Shown one piece after another: positions 1-9,326 of a DNA stretch of 64,000 nt; the first letter of the stretch is position 1; every line of letters starts with the position of its first letter. The position numbers and the translations under genes are program-made. Under the pieces are notes generated by a model. That model searched no databases and had not been told where the DNA came from. It saw only the letters and a list, made by a program, of their open reading frames with translations. This DNA comes from Patescibacteria group bacterium (GTDB taxonomy: Bacteria > Patescibacteriota > Minisyncoccia > Phycocordibacterales > UBA9973): NCBI GenBank assembly GCA_038063915.1, contig JBBTUE010000004.1, positions 38,719 through 102,718 on the forward strand, in the 5' to 3' direction.

Positions 1-315
1 CTGAAGCTTTGCGAGCCTTTAGAGCAAGATCATTGTCCCCAGTGCCTATCTTTATCTGGATGGCCTTTGTCTCTGTGGGTTTTGAACCGGCTTTAGCCTT
101 CTTCTGCTTCTTATTCTGTTCATATTGGTACTTACCGAAATCGGCTATCTTTACTATCGGTGGAATAGCATTTGGGGAAATTTCAATCAAATCCAGACCT
201 TCTGCTTGAGCCAAGGCAAAGGCTTCTTTAAAACTTAAAACGCCTAGGTTTTCGCCTTTGCTTGAGATTACACGAATCTCGTTAGCGCGTATTTGATTGT
301 TGATTCTTTCCCTCA
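1..315 (-). CDS. infC: translation initiation factor IF-3, N-terminal portion; the C-terminus runs off the window start. TTG start at 313-315
   Basis: The minus-strand frame reads LRERINNQIRANEIRVISSKGENLGVLSFKEAFALAQAEGLDLIEISPNAIPPIVKIADFGKYQYEQ..., a typical IF-3 N-domain. It is absent from the ORF track because of the non-ATG start; infC commonly uses rare starts. Confidence 0.6.
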
Positions 316-420
316 ATTGCGATTATATTATTCTTTCCGATAGAAATAAATAGATTCCATGCCTGTGATAGGCAGGAGTACCTAAAAGCAATACTAGCAT
401 ATATATGATAGTATGGCAAT

Positions 421-1230
421 ATGTCGGAAGATGTCATAATAACCTATAAAAAAATAGGGGAGACACCCCTAGAGTCCCTAGAAAAAGCTCGCAAAGAGCG
501 GGGAATTGCCACAGATATTCCTATGACCTATGCTGGCCGACTCGATCCCATGGCAGAGGGATTGATGATAATACTTGCAGGTGATGAGTGTAAAAACAAA
601 GAAAAATATTTAGGTCTCGATAAGACGTATGAATTTGAAATACTTGTCGGGTTTACAACTGATACTTATGATTTGCTGGGTTTAATTACATCAGAATATA
701 CAAATTCTTCGCATCTTAACCCTCTCTCTGGGGGCTCCGACGCCGACTCAGAATTTGCATATTCTGATGTAATAAAAGATACAGTTCCTAAATTTATAGG
801 TAATATTACTCAAAAATACCCACCATTTTCTTCAAAGACCGTAAATGGTAAACAATTATTCCAACTCTCAAAAGAGGGTGGATTACCAGAAATTCTCCCA
901 ACCCACGAAGTAACAATCTATAACCTACGCTGTACTAGTACAATGATACAGAAGAAGAAAGATTTGTATAGCGAAGTACAAAGAAGGATAAATCTTGTAC
1001 AAGGCGACTTTCGGCAAAAAGAAATACTAGAGAGTTGGGCTAGAGCATTCAAAGATAGCAATCAACAAGAGTACACCGTTTTATCTTGCATCTGTGAGTG
1101 TAGCAGTGGGACTTACATACGACAACTTGTACATGATATAAGTGAGCAGATAGGTATGCCACTTGTTACGTATTCAATAAAAAGGATAAAAGTAGGAGAG
1201 CATATATTAAATGACAATGTAGGCAAATAG
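421..1230 (+). CDS. truB: tRNA pseudouridine(55) synthase TruB
   Basis: Motifs TYAGRLDPMAEGLMI, KTYEFEILVGFTTDTYD and SGTYIRQL match the TruB family. Confidence 0.75.
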   Translation: MSEDVIITYKKIGETPLESLEKARKERGIATDIPMTYAGRLDPMAEGLMIILAGDECKNKEKYLGLDKTYEFEILVGFTTDTYDLLGLITSEYTNSSHLNPLSGGSDADSEFAYSDVIKDTVPKFIGNITQKYPPFSSKTVNGKQLFQLSKEGGLPEILPTHEVTIYNLRCTSTMIQKKKDLYSEVQRRINLVQGDFRQKEILESWARAFKDSNQQEYTVLSCICECSSGTYIRQLVHDISEQIGMPLVTYSIKRIKVGEHILNDNVGK

Positions 1231-1273
1231 GAGTATAATATAAAAAAATCATCATCCTTAAAAAGTTGGCATC

Positions 1274-1414
1274 ATGAAAAAGATTAATCGTGTCCTTGGG
1301 TTCTTTTACTCGGTCACGATAGGATTAGCTATCGTGATGTTTCCTACCGCAGTAGGATTTTGGGTAATATTACAGTCATATGTAATAAATTTGGTAAAGT
1401 TTTTCTATAAATAA
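1274..1414 (+). CDS. small hydrophobic protein (46 aa), hypothetical
   Basis: ATG at 1274, TAA at 1412-1414. Translation is MKKINRVLGFFYSVTIGLAIVMFPTAVGFWVILQSYVINLVKFFYK, one TM helix. Below the ORF-track size cutoff. Confidence 0.25.
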   Translation: MKKINRVLGFFYSVTIGLAIVMFPTAVGFWVILQSYVINLVKFFYK

Positions 1415-1445
1415 TTGTTGTGCAGTTGAGTTACGTCCTATGTAA

Positions 1446-1488
1446 AAAAAGTAAAAGCCCTGTGCGTTTCTGACCACAGGGTTTTTAT
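1446..1488. terminator. bidirectional rho-independent terminator hairpin
   Basis: ccctgtg-N10-cacaggg stem at 1458-1481, followed by a T-run on plus and an A-run upstream. It lies between convergent genes. Confidence 0.5.
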
Positions 1489-2243
1489 CTTTTCAAGGAC
1501 AAAATTCTCTGCATAAGTACATCCGCTGGAAGGAATTTACCCTCTAGTGGAATATAAAATTTTCCTTTGACTCTACTTTTATCTGCTGACACTGGTAAAC
1601 CACTCTCTGCTAACAGCTCAGCGTCGTTATAATTATCTCCGATAGCCATGACGTTTTTCTTTTCCAACTTAAAAATTTTCCTTGCATGCCTTAGGCCGAG
1701 AGCTTTTGTCTGACTTCCTTTTATTAAAATGTCATAAGCTTCGCCGTTCCAAACAGTCACGAGTCCACCTTCTTTTTTTACTACTTGTTCGATTGCTTTT
1801 ATCTGCCTTGCGCAATGTATTGTTATGATGAATTCTTTTGGCTCATAACCTTTTACACTTTTATTTCTGTTTGTAACTTTTTTTAGTTTTGGAAGTATGT
1901 TCCTCAGTCGTTCGAAACTGTTGATATGCTGGAATATTTTACCCTTATACCAAGTAGCACTTCCATTTTCATAAGTGAGACTAACAAAAGGTAAAACCTC
2001 GCGAAACATCTCTTGGAGCATATACAGCCCTCTACCAGAACTGATATTTATCAGAAGTCCCATTTTATAAAGTTTCCTTATTTGCTCTATTTGTCTTTTT
2101 GCGATAACTTTTGTCTCTAAAGTGGTAATATTGCCAACCTGTTTTATTTTTGTCCCCCTCGGTACGAGTACCCCGTCGACATCAAAAACAACCATCTTTA
2201 TCTTCTTTAATTCATCTTTTGAAATTTGATCAATAGGTTTCAT
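1485..2243 (-). CDS. HAD-superfamily hydrolase (Cof/IIB-like)
   Basis: VFDVDGVL (HAD motif I), GDNYNDAELL (motif IV). Confidence 0.6.
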   Translation of the reverse strand: MKPIDQISKDELKKIKMVVFDVDGVLVPRGTKIKQVGNITTLETKVIAKRQIEQIRKLYKMGLLINISSGRGLYMLQEMFREVLPFVSLTYENGSATWYKGKIFQHINSFERLRNILPKLKKVTNRNKSVKGYEPKEFIITIHCARQIKAIEQVVKKEGGLVTVWNGEAYDILIKGSQTKALGLRHARKIFKLEKKNVMAIGDNYNDAELLAESGLPVSADKSRVKGKFYIPLEGKFLPADVLMQRILSLKR

Positions 2244-2291
2244 TTATGGCTTTATTATACTCTAAAATAGATATGGACCAAACTAGTTCTA

Positions 2292-3272
2292 ATGATAATA
2301 AATGGTATAATCTTCTCTATGAAAAATGTAGTGACCATAGGAGGGGGCACTGGTAGCTATACTGTCCTAGTAGGATTGAAAGATTTGAAAGATGTATCAA
2401 TATCTGCCCTTGTTTCTATGGCGGATGACGGGGGCTCGACTGGCATCCTTCGCGACGAGCTCGGCGTCCTACCCCCGGGAGATATAAGGCAGTGCCTCGT
2501 TGCCCTCAGTGAACATAGCGATATAGTCCGCAAGCTCATAAGCTATAGATTCAGCAGGGGGTCTCTCTCGGGTCATAGTTTTGGGAATATCCTCTTAGCT
2601 GCCCTCGAGAAAGTGACCGGTGACTTTGTGCAAGGAGTTGAAGTTGCTTCAGAAATCCTTAAAGTAAAGGGCACAGTGATACCAATAACAAAAGACAAAG
2701 CCGAGTTGCGAGCCCTACTTTCAGATGGAACTTTAATAAAAAATCAACGAAGTATAGGTAAAACAAATCTTCGAAAGTTAGGCATTAAGAAAATTTTCTA
2801 TAAGAATAGAGTTAGGTTAAATGAAAAAGCAAGAAATTCGATAATAAAAGCAAATTATATAATAATAGGACCTGGCGACTATTATGAATCAGTGGTACCA
2901 AATCTGATCGTCGGTGGATTTAAAGAAGCAATCCAAAAAACTAAAGCAAAAATAATTTTACCAATAAATCTCACAAATAAGAAGATTCACACAAAATATT
3001 GGAAAGTGAGTGACTATGTCAAAAATACAGAAAAGTATTTAGGTAGATCTGTTGATATAGTGCTAGTTAATAGTGAATCACCCTCAACTGCTCAAATGAA
3101 GCGCTATAAACTAAAAGAAGGGGATGGAGTTTTAGTAGAAGACGATTTTAATGATCTACGAGTTATGAGGAGGGACCTATTATCTCCGGCACTTTTTAAT
3201 CACAAAAGAAGCTTTATAAGGCACGATTCTTTAAAACTAGCCAAATGTATAAGTAGTATAATAAAAAAATAA
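2292..3272 (+). CDS. YvcK/CofD-like (UPF0052) gluconeogenesis-factor family protein
   Basis: VTIGGGTGSYTVLVGLK...ALVSMADDGGSTGILRDELGVLPPGDIRQCLVAL matches the YvcK/CofD signature. Confidence 0.7.
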   Translation: MIINGIIFSMKNVVTIGGGTGSYTVLVGLKDLKDVSISALVSMADDGGSTGILRDELGVLPPGDIRQCLVALSEHSDIVRKLISYRFSRGSLSGHSFGNILLAALEKVTGDFVQGVEVASEILKVKGTVIPITKDKAELRALLSDGTLIKNQRSIGKTNLRKLGIKKIFYKNRVRLNEKARNSIIKANYIIIGPGDYYESVVPNLIVGGFKEAIQKTKAKIILPINLTNKKIHTKYWKVSDYVKNTEKYLGRSVDIVLVNSESPSTAQMKRYKLKEGDGVLVEDDFNDLRVMRRDLLSPALFNHKRSFIRHDSLKLAKCISSIIKK

Positions 3273-3273
3273 T

Positions 3274-3843
3274 ATGAAACTCATTCTAGATTTTGATGAT
3301 ACCCTGTCTAATAATAAGCTACTAAAAGAGCATATATATAAATGTCTAGAAGAAGTAGGAGTGCTATCTGCTACATCCGAAAAATATTATAAAGAAGTGC
3401 GCGCTACTAATACCCCGTTCTCTTTGAAAGATTTTCTATCCTCGGTCCTCACTCGTGAAAATACTAAAGGAGATATTGAGATACTTTACGAGAAAATAAT
3501 GGAGATATGCCCAACTCTTTTGGATACGAAGTTATTAGAGATTGTTCGTAAACTTGGCAAAGATAATTGCTATCTTGTGACAAACGGTAACTACGAATAC
3601 CAAATGGATAAAATTGAAAAAAGCAAAATAGTTCAACTTTTCCAAAAAATTATAGTTGTTCCTGGAAGTAAAAAGGAACCTATAGAAAAAATTTGCACTG
3701 ATAATAAAGACGATAAAGTGGTTTTTGTTGATAATAAAGAAGTTTTTTTTAAAGATCTAGATATGAACGTCTGTAATAACCTTACTACTATTCTCTACGA
3801 CGAGTATGGGCTGGAGAGTCTAAAAGGGGTTGTAGTAAAATAG
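3274..3843 (+). CDS. HAD-like hydrolase
   Basis: LDFDDTL (DxDxT), LVTNG, VVFVDNK motifs. Confidence 0.45.
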   Translation: MKLILDFDDTLSNNKLLKEHIYKCLEEVGVLSATSEKYYKEVRATNTPFSLKDFLSSVLTRENTKGDIEILYEKIMEICPTLLDTKLLEIVRKLGKDNCYLVTNGNYEYQMDKIEKSKIVQLFQKIIVVPGSKKEPIEKICTDNKDDKVVFVDNKEVFFKDLDMNVCNNLTTILYDEYGLESLKGVVVK

Positions 3844-3939
3844 GCTTGTTTTACTTGACTTTTTGGTTATTGTTTGCTATAATACTACCCAAAACTGATC
3901 TAATCCTATTTTAAATAAAAATCTAAACTCTGTTTATTT

Positions 3940-4332
3940 ATGGAAAAACAATTGAGTCCAAAAGCAATCAAGCTAAGATTGACTATCTTAGCCCTGGCTA
4001 GTCTTGGCGTAGTCATCTACGGATTACTTTCTTCCATTGACGACAGGTATGCATTCATAGTCATTGTATTTGCTGTCCTATTTGTAGTTTTCTGCGCAGG
4101 GATAATTGGAGAGTCATACCTCTTTCAGGACATTAAATGTAAAGTGATAGATAAAGACGGACGATTCCGTTACACTTATGTATATCGAAATAAAAAAAAG
4201 AATATATACAAGGTGCACGGAAAAGATGGCGGGTGGATTATTCTAAACGAGAATCAAATAAAGATGATTGAAGAAAATCGTCAGAAACGTACCATCCATG
4301 GGGGACATGTAATCCCTGAATTTAGATTATAA
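3940..4332 (+). CDS. membrane protein, hypothetical
   Basis: Two predicted TM helices; no recognisable domain. Confidence 0.4.
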   Translation: MEKQLSPKAIKLRLTILALASLGVVIYGLLSSIDDRYAFIVIVFAVLFVVFCAGIIGESYLFQDIKCKVIDKDGRFRYTYVYRNKKKNIYKVHGKDGGWIILNENQIKMIEENRQKRTIHGGHVIPEFRL

Positions 4333-4465
4333 AAATATTATCAGGACGAGGACGAGGACGAAGACCGCAACCTATTTAAGTTAGGGGCGGTTTTTTTATT
4401 TTGTATGACTATCATTCTTGGGGATTTAATGCTATAAAGATAAAAAACCTCAAAATTAAATAACC

Positions 4466-5077
4466 ATGAAAAAGATAATCATCCCCATCGTTATTCTATT
4501 TGTCTGTTCACAGCTAAAAGGCCAGGAATCCTATATAAGAAATGAAGGAAGTTTTGTAATTTATAAGGTCCCCACGGATCATGACTTCTTTCTAAGTAGC
4601 AGTTATATAAGGCTCAACAAGAAGCACCCCGAGCTTGGATACTTCGTTGAAATTTCCAGCGACGCTAATGTCGGGTTATATGCTACGGGTTTAGCTTATA
4701 ATATGAAGACCAATCGCCAACTCTCTGTTGAAGGAAGTTTCGGTCCAGAGTTTATAAAAGAAATTAGGACAAAGAAATCTGGTCTCGGCGCTACGGGGCA
4801 TGTCTATCTTTCCAATAAAAAATATCTGGATAGAAAGCAGTGGAAGGTACAAACTTTCTTTCAGTTTCATTATTCAGACATGTCTGGCTGGTGGCATCAG
4901 TTTTACGCAACAATATCTCCATTTAAATGGATTAGTCTGGGTGTACTAAATCAGACCCACAGCGTAAAATTTGGAGGACTGATTCATCTAAATTCCCCTG
5001 GTGGTCTCCGACTCTTCTTTGCTGCTGACGGTAAGAGACAGTGTATCGGCCTTAACATTTCTGGTCAGTTAAAATAA
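4466..5077 (+). CDS. secreted protein, hypothetical
   Basis: N-terminal signal peptide MKKIIIPIVILFVCSQLKGQ. Confidence 0.4.
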   Translation: MKKIIIPIVILFVCSQLKGQESYIRNEGSFVIYKVPTDHDFFLSSSYIRLNKKHPELGYFVEISSDANVGLYATGLAYNMKTNRQLSVEGSFGPEFIKEIRTKKSGLGATGHVYLSNKKYLDRKQWKVQTFFQFHYSDMSGWWHQFYATISPFKWISLGVLNQTHSVKFGGLIHLNSPGGLRLFFAADGKRQCIGLNISGQLK

Positions 5078-5102
5078 AATAGATTTCATATAATAAATAA
5101 AA

Positions 5103-5130
5103 CCCTCGATTTCGGTCGAGGGATTTTATT
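5103..5130 (+). terminator. rho-independent terminator
   Basis: ccctcga-tttcgg-tcgaggg hairpin followed by attttatt. Confidence 0.6.
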
Positions 5131-5148
5131 ATATGTTAATATAAGTAT

Positions 5149-5592
5149 ATGAGCATGTTGATAGACAACAGAAAGGCCCACTTTAATTACGAAGTTATTG
5201 AGAAATACGAAGCTGGTATTGAATTGTTCGGCTACGAGGTTAAATCCATAAAAGGTGGCAGGGCAATACTTGCTGGCTCGTTTGCTATTGTCCGTGGCGG
5301 GGAAGTGTATTTGATGAATATGCAGATTCCTCCATATCAAGTAGGCAATACCCCAGAGAGCTATGACCCGACTCGAACTCGCAGGCTACTACTCTCCAAG
5401 AAGCAGATACGCGAGATAGCTCCAAGCGACAACATGAAAGGTTTGACACTGGTACCACTATCACTGTATAGTAAGGGACGCCTTATCAAAGTAGAGCTCG
5501 CAGTCGTAAAAGGTAAGAAGAATTATGATAAGCGCGAGACTATAAAGAAACGCGATATTGATCGGGAGATTGATAGAGAGTATAAAAGGTAA
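5149..5592 (+). CDS. smpB: SsrA-binding protein SmpB
   Basis: NRKAHFNYEVIEKYEAGIELFGYEVKSIKGG...YDPTRTRRLLLSKKQIREI...KGLTLVPLSLY...KVELAVVKGKKNYDKRE; full-length match to the SmpB family. Confidence 0.9.
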   Translation: MSMLIDNRKAHFNYEVIEKYEAGIELFGYEVKSIKGGRAILAGSFAIVRGGEVYLMNMQIPPYQVGNTPESYDPTRTRRLLLSKKQIREIAPSDNMKGLTLVPLSLYSKGRLIKVELAVVKGKKNYDKRETIKKRDIDREIDREYKR

Positions 5593-5613
5593 TTCTTTGA
5601 AAATTTTATATAT

Positions 5614-6005
5614 GGGACTGACGGGCTTCGACAAAGGACCGTCCCATAGATGTGCGTGTCGAGTACTCAGAAATCTCGTTAAACTTTTTGAAAAAGACTA
5701 AGTGCAAACAAAGTCGCTTCAGCAAAATTATCTCCATACTTCGGTATGAATAATTTTGCTTTCGCATTAGCCTAACTTTAGGTCATGCGTTTGTCTACCT
5801 ATTAGACATCCGATATAGTGGGTAGGCATCATTCATCGGGTTACGAATTACAAACCGCTTGATTGTAGTTCCGACAATTAAGAGCTCGGTGTTCACTTTT
5901 TTTGTTTGTTCTCTAGAGTGAATATTTAAACCAATCGAACATTCTACACATGTAGACTCATCTATGAACATCTTTTGCATGGCGGTTCAACTCCGCCCAG
6001 TTCCA
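5614..6005 (+). ncRNA. ssrA: tmRNA (ssrA), immediately downstream of smpB
   Basis: The 5' gggactg pairs with the 3' cagttcc, including the tRNA-Ala-like G3:U70 wobble. The T-arm is ggcgg-ttcaact-ccgcc, discriminator A at 6005, and CCA is not encoded. An internal tag reading frame ends ...NNFAFALA-TAA at 5773-5775. The region is GC-rich relative to its flanks. Confidence 0.85.
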
Positions 6006-6069
6006 CAACTATTTCGATAAATTAAATATTGCTGTACAATAGAGATATTAATAATATACAAGTATTTTT

Positions 6070-6468
6070 ATGAAAGAATTTAAACAATTTTTACTCAGAG
6101 GTAATGTCGTCGACTTGGCAGTTGGTGTCGTAGTCGGTGCGGCTTTTGGAACCATTGTTTCTGCTTTGGTCTCTGATTTACTTACTCCACTTATCGCAGC
6201 TATCGCCAAAGTACCAGACTTTGGAGGGCTATCATTTACAATAAATGGCAGTCAGTTTATGTACGGCCACTTTATTAATGCTCTCATCTCATTCATATTA
6301 GTTGCAGGGGCAGTGTTCTTCTTCGTCGTCAAACCGATGAATATACTCATTGCACGTTCCCGCAAAGCACCATCGACTGACCCAACGACAAAAAAGTGTA
6401 AGGAGTGCCTAAGCGAGATCCCGATTGATGCAAAGCGCTGTTCACACTGTACCCAAGTATTAGCCTAA
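6070..6468 (+). CDS. mscL: large-conductance mechanosensitive channel MscL with a C-terminal Cys4 extension
   Basis: N-terminus MKEFKQFLLRGNVVDLAVGVVVGAAFGTIVSALVSD is canonical MscL TM1. The C-terminal tail CKEC-x13-CSHC looks like a zinc ribbon. Confidence 0.85.
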   Translation: MKEFKQFLLRGNVVDLAVGVVVGAAFGTIVSALVSDLLTPLIAAIAKVPDFGGLSFTINGSQFMYGHFINALISFILVAGAVFFFVVKPMNILIARSRKAPSTDPTTKKCKECLSEIPIDAKRCSHCTQVLA

Positions 6469-6483
6469 AACTCAAATAAATAA

Positions 6484-6514
6484 AAACGCCCTCCTTTTGA
6501 AGGCGTTTTTATTT
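6484..6514 (+). terminator. rho-independent terminator
   Basis: aaacgcc...ggcgttt stem followed by tttatttt. Confidence 0.55.
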
Positions 6515-6525
6515 TACTCACGTTC

Positions 6526-8436
6526 GTGTATAATACCCATACTATGGATCCTAAAAAGAAAGCCCCACAACAGAAAAAGGTGCCTAATATAACCAATCAG
6601 ATCATAATTGCTATCTTCATATTCGCTAGTATTACCATTATTTACTCTATGGTCGCAAGTACGCCTTCCGAGGTGAAAAGCATGTCTATATCTGATGTGG
6701 CTAAAGGTATTAGTACTAGTACCATCGAGCGCATCGATGTATCTGGTCAAGATGTAAATGTGACTTTCAAAGATAAGACAAAAGGTATTGCAAAGAAAGA
6801 AGTCGAAAGCTCGCTCTCCACAACGCTATCAAACTATGGAGTCACAAAAGAAGAGCTCGCGTCCACTCCTATCGAAGTTAAAAGTGAGAGTGGTTTCTTC
6901 TACTGGCTCGCCAATGTCTTGCCGTTCTTGCTTCCAGTTATACTCATAGTATTTTTCATCTGGATGCTGACTCGCCAAGTCAAAGGCGCGGGTATGCAAG
7001 CTTTTACTTTTGGTCAATCAAAGGCTCGCATTACTGACCCAAATGATAAAAATAATCGCGTGACATTCAAAGATGTCGCTGGCGCAAAAGAAGCTAAAGA
7101 AGAATTGAAAGAAATTGTGGACTTCCTAAAGAATCCAAAAAAGTTTCTAGATATAGGTGCTCGTATTCCGAAGGGGGTGATTCTGACTGGTGCACCTGGT
7201 ACAGGTAAGACTTTGCTTGCAAGAGCCGTAGCAGGGGAGGCAAGCGTGCCATTCTTTCATCTGTCTGGTTCTGAATTCGTCGAGATGTTCGTCGGAGTCG
7301 GTGCTTCACGTGTGCGCGATTTATTTAAGATGGCCAAAAAATCTGCCCCAGCGATTATATTCATTGATGAGATCGATGCCGTCGGTCGTGTACGTGGCTC
7401 TGGAGTGGGTGGAGGCAACGACGAACGCGAGCAAACTCTAAACCAAATACTTGTCGAAATGGATGGATTTGAACCAAATGAAAAAGTGATAGTAATGGCA
7501 GCGACGAACCGCTCTGACGTACTTGATCCAGCGCTCCTTCGCCCAGGTCGCTTTGATCGCCGAGTAGTACTTGATCTGCCGGACCGGGCTGATCGTGAGG
7601 AAATACTTTTGATACATTCAATTAAAAAACCTTTCGCAGAAGATGTAAATCTAAAAGTTATTGCCGAGCGTACACCAGGGTTCTCTGGTGCCGACTTGTA
7701 TTCACTTATGAACGAAGGTGCGATACTCGCTGCCCGGGAAGATAGGAAAAAAGTCGCGCAGTTTGACCTAATCCGCTCAATTGAGAAAGTCATGATGGGT
7801 CCAGAGCGTAAGAGTCATTTACTTTCAGTTAAGGAAAAAGAAATCACGGCATACCATGAAGCAGGTCACGCACTTGTGGCATCGGTACTTCCTTATGCAG
7901 ACCCAGTGCACAAAGTATCAATAGTTTCTCGAGGAAGTGCAGGCGGATATACTCTAAAACTTCCACTAGAGGAACGCCGTTTACAAAGTAAGCGTGAATT
8001 CCTAGATGATATCGCTATGGCAATGGGGGGTTATGCTGCTGAGCAGATGATATTTGGTGACATTACGACTGGCCCATCAAATGATTTGCAAGTAGCGACA
8101 GGTCTTGCCCGAGCTATGGTTACACGTTGGGGAATGTCAGATGAGATTGGTCCGATAGCACTTGAGAGTGATGGGGGAAGAACAATGTTTGGCCGTGGGA
8201 TAAACGATCAAGAATACTCTGAGCGTGTCAGTGCGCTTATTGATGGGGAAGTTTCAAAAATTATGAATAATGCGCTAGCGCAAGCTGCAAAAGTACTTAT
8301 AGATAAGCGTAAAGTTCTTGATGCTATAGCTAAAAAACTTGTGGAAGTAGAGACACTCGAGCAAGATGAATACAATCAACTCATAATAGCCCATGGGATT
8401 ACTCCAAAGACTAAAGAAACAATAGTAAAAGCATAA
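6526..8436 (+). CDS. ftsH: ATP-dependent zinc metalloprotease FtsH
   Basis: N-terminal TM, Walker [22 protein letters not shown] region, HEAGHAL zinc site. Confidence 0.95.
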   Translation: MYNTHTMDPKKKAPQQKKVPNITNQIIIAIFIFASITIIYSMVASTPSEVKSMSISDVAKGISTSTIERIDVSGQDVNVTFKDKTKGIAKKEVESSLSTTLSNYGVTKEELASTPIEVKSESGFFYWLANVLPFLLPVILIVFFIWMLTRQVKGAGMQAFTFGQSKARITDPNDKNNRVTFKDVAGAKEAKEELKEIVDFLKNPKKFLDIGARIPKGVILTGAPGTGKTLLARAVAGEASVPFFHLSGSEFVEMFVGVGASRVRDLFKMAKKSAPAIIFIDEIDAVGRVRGSGVGGGNDEREQTLNQILVEMDGFEPNEKVIVMAATNRSDVLDPALLRPGRFDRRVVLDLPDRADREEILLIHSIKKPFAEDVNLKVIAERTPGFSGADLYSLMNEGAILAAREDRKKVAQFDLIRSIEKVMMGPERKSHLLSVKEKEITAYHEAGHALVASVLPYADPVHKVSIVSRGSAGGYTLKLPLEERRLQSKREFLDDIAMAMGGYAAEQMIFGDITTGPSNDLQVATGLARAMVTRWGMSDEIGPIALESDGGRTMFGRGINDQEYSERVSALIDGEVSKIMNNALAQAAKVLIDKRKVLDAIAKKLVEVETLEQDEYNQLIIAHGITPKTKETIVKA

Positions 8437-8437
8437 A

Positions 8438-8914
8438 ATGCTCAAAAAATTTTGGCAATGGTATGAAAGCAAGTACAAACTAGTCCTCTATACGACGACG
8501 CTTCTTTTCCTCATTCAACTTTTCCACTTATATTGGATGACGACAGACATTGTGATGTTCCGATTGTTCGGGCATATGTTTTTCCCAATTAGTCACTTTT
8601 GGCAGTTGATGATAGCTCTCGCTGACTATACTGAAATCCCAGCTATTATTACTGCATCAATTTTATACATTCACAATCTTCGCTCTGGCTTCAACTGGCG
8701 CAGTGTTCTGTTCCTCTTCCTTATAAATTCTCAATGGCTTCACCTTTTCTGGATTACTGATGAGATTATATATGCACAATTCACTGGTACAGCCCTCGTA
8801 GTACTACCAGTCTGGCTCTCGTGGATTGCCATCTCTATTGATTACCTAGAACTTCCCGTTATGTACGATACGATAGTAAAATCGATAAAGTCGTTGCGAA
8901 AGGTGAGTTCATAA
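8438..8914 (+). CDS. integral membrane protein, hypothetical
   Basis: Four predicted TM helices; no recognisable domain. Confidence 0.4.
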   Translation: MLKKFWQWYESKYKLVLYTTTLLFLIQLFHLYWMTTDIVMFRLFGHMFFPISHFWQLMIALADYTEIPAIITASILYIHNLRSGFNWRSVLFLFLINSQWLHLFWITDEIIYAQFTGTALVVLPVWLSWIAISIDYLELPVMYDTIVKSIKSLRKVSS

Positions 8915-8935
8915 GCTATAGTACATAAAGTATAA

Positions 8936-9009
8936 CCACCCTTAGCTCAGTTGGTTAGAGCACAGAGCTTATACCTCTGGGGTCCTTGGTTCGAATCCAA
9001 GAGGGTGGA
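8936..9009 (+). tRNA. tRNA-Ile (anticodon UAU)
   Basis: Hand-folded cloverleaf: acceptor ccaccct/agggtgg, D-arm gctc/gagc, anticodon stem cagag/ctctg with loop c-t-TAT-a-c, T-arm cttgg-ttcgaat-ccaag, discriminator A. Confidence 0.8.
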
Positions 9010-9019
9010 CATTCATAGA

Positions 9020-9073
9020 CTTCTCCGAAAAAATCGGTCGCGCGCAAGCGCGCGTCCCATTTTTTCGGAGAAG
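9020..9073. repeat. 54-nt near-perfect palindrome (15-bp outer stem plus inner CGCGCG stem)
   Basis: cttctccgaaaaaat-cggtcgcgcgcaagcgcgcgtccc-attttttcggagaag; the outer arms are exact reverse complements. It sits between tRNA-Ile and the left inverted repeat. Confidence 0.7.
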
Positions 9074-9079
9074 TTCAAA

Positions 9080-9245
9080 CTTGTCCTCTCATTCTAGCAT
9101 TTGCGCGAACCTTTTTCGAGCAGAAAGACCAAGAGAACCAATGAACTCCGCCACGCGCGAGTACGCGCGTCTGCCCTCGCCCACCACACTCTCCATGCAT
9201 ATTTAATTTCGCGGGGGACTCTTTTTGATTTGGTATGGGTGGGGG
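9080..9245 (+). repeat. left copy of a 166-bp inverted repeat (partner at 17007-17172)
   Basis: Hand alignment to the reverse complement of 17007-17172 gives 161/166 identities. The ORF-track entries 9075-9269(-), 9101-9343(+), 16932-17150(-) and 17051-17245(+) encode near-identical peptides because they lie in these copies. Confidence 0.9.
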
Positions 9246-9326
9246 CGAGATGTAAGTATATATTAACATTTAGAATTCAATTTAATACATTTGCAAAATG
9301 TGATAAATTGTCGCATAATATGAAAT

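Noticed and set aside
4333-4400. Short gaggac tandem repeat (caggacgaggacgaggacgaagac) and weak hairpin after gene 3940-4332
   Set aside because: There are only about 3 units and weak structure, so it is not distinguishable from chance or a weak terminator.
5795-5980. 61-aa minus-strand ORF
   Set aside because: It lies entirely within the tmRNA gene.
7094-7793. Minus-strand ORFs inside ftsH (7094-7309, 7257-7793, 7361-7621)
   Set aside because: They are antisense to the highly conserved FtsH coding sequence and have a Ser/Arg-rich junk composition.
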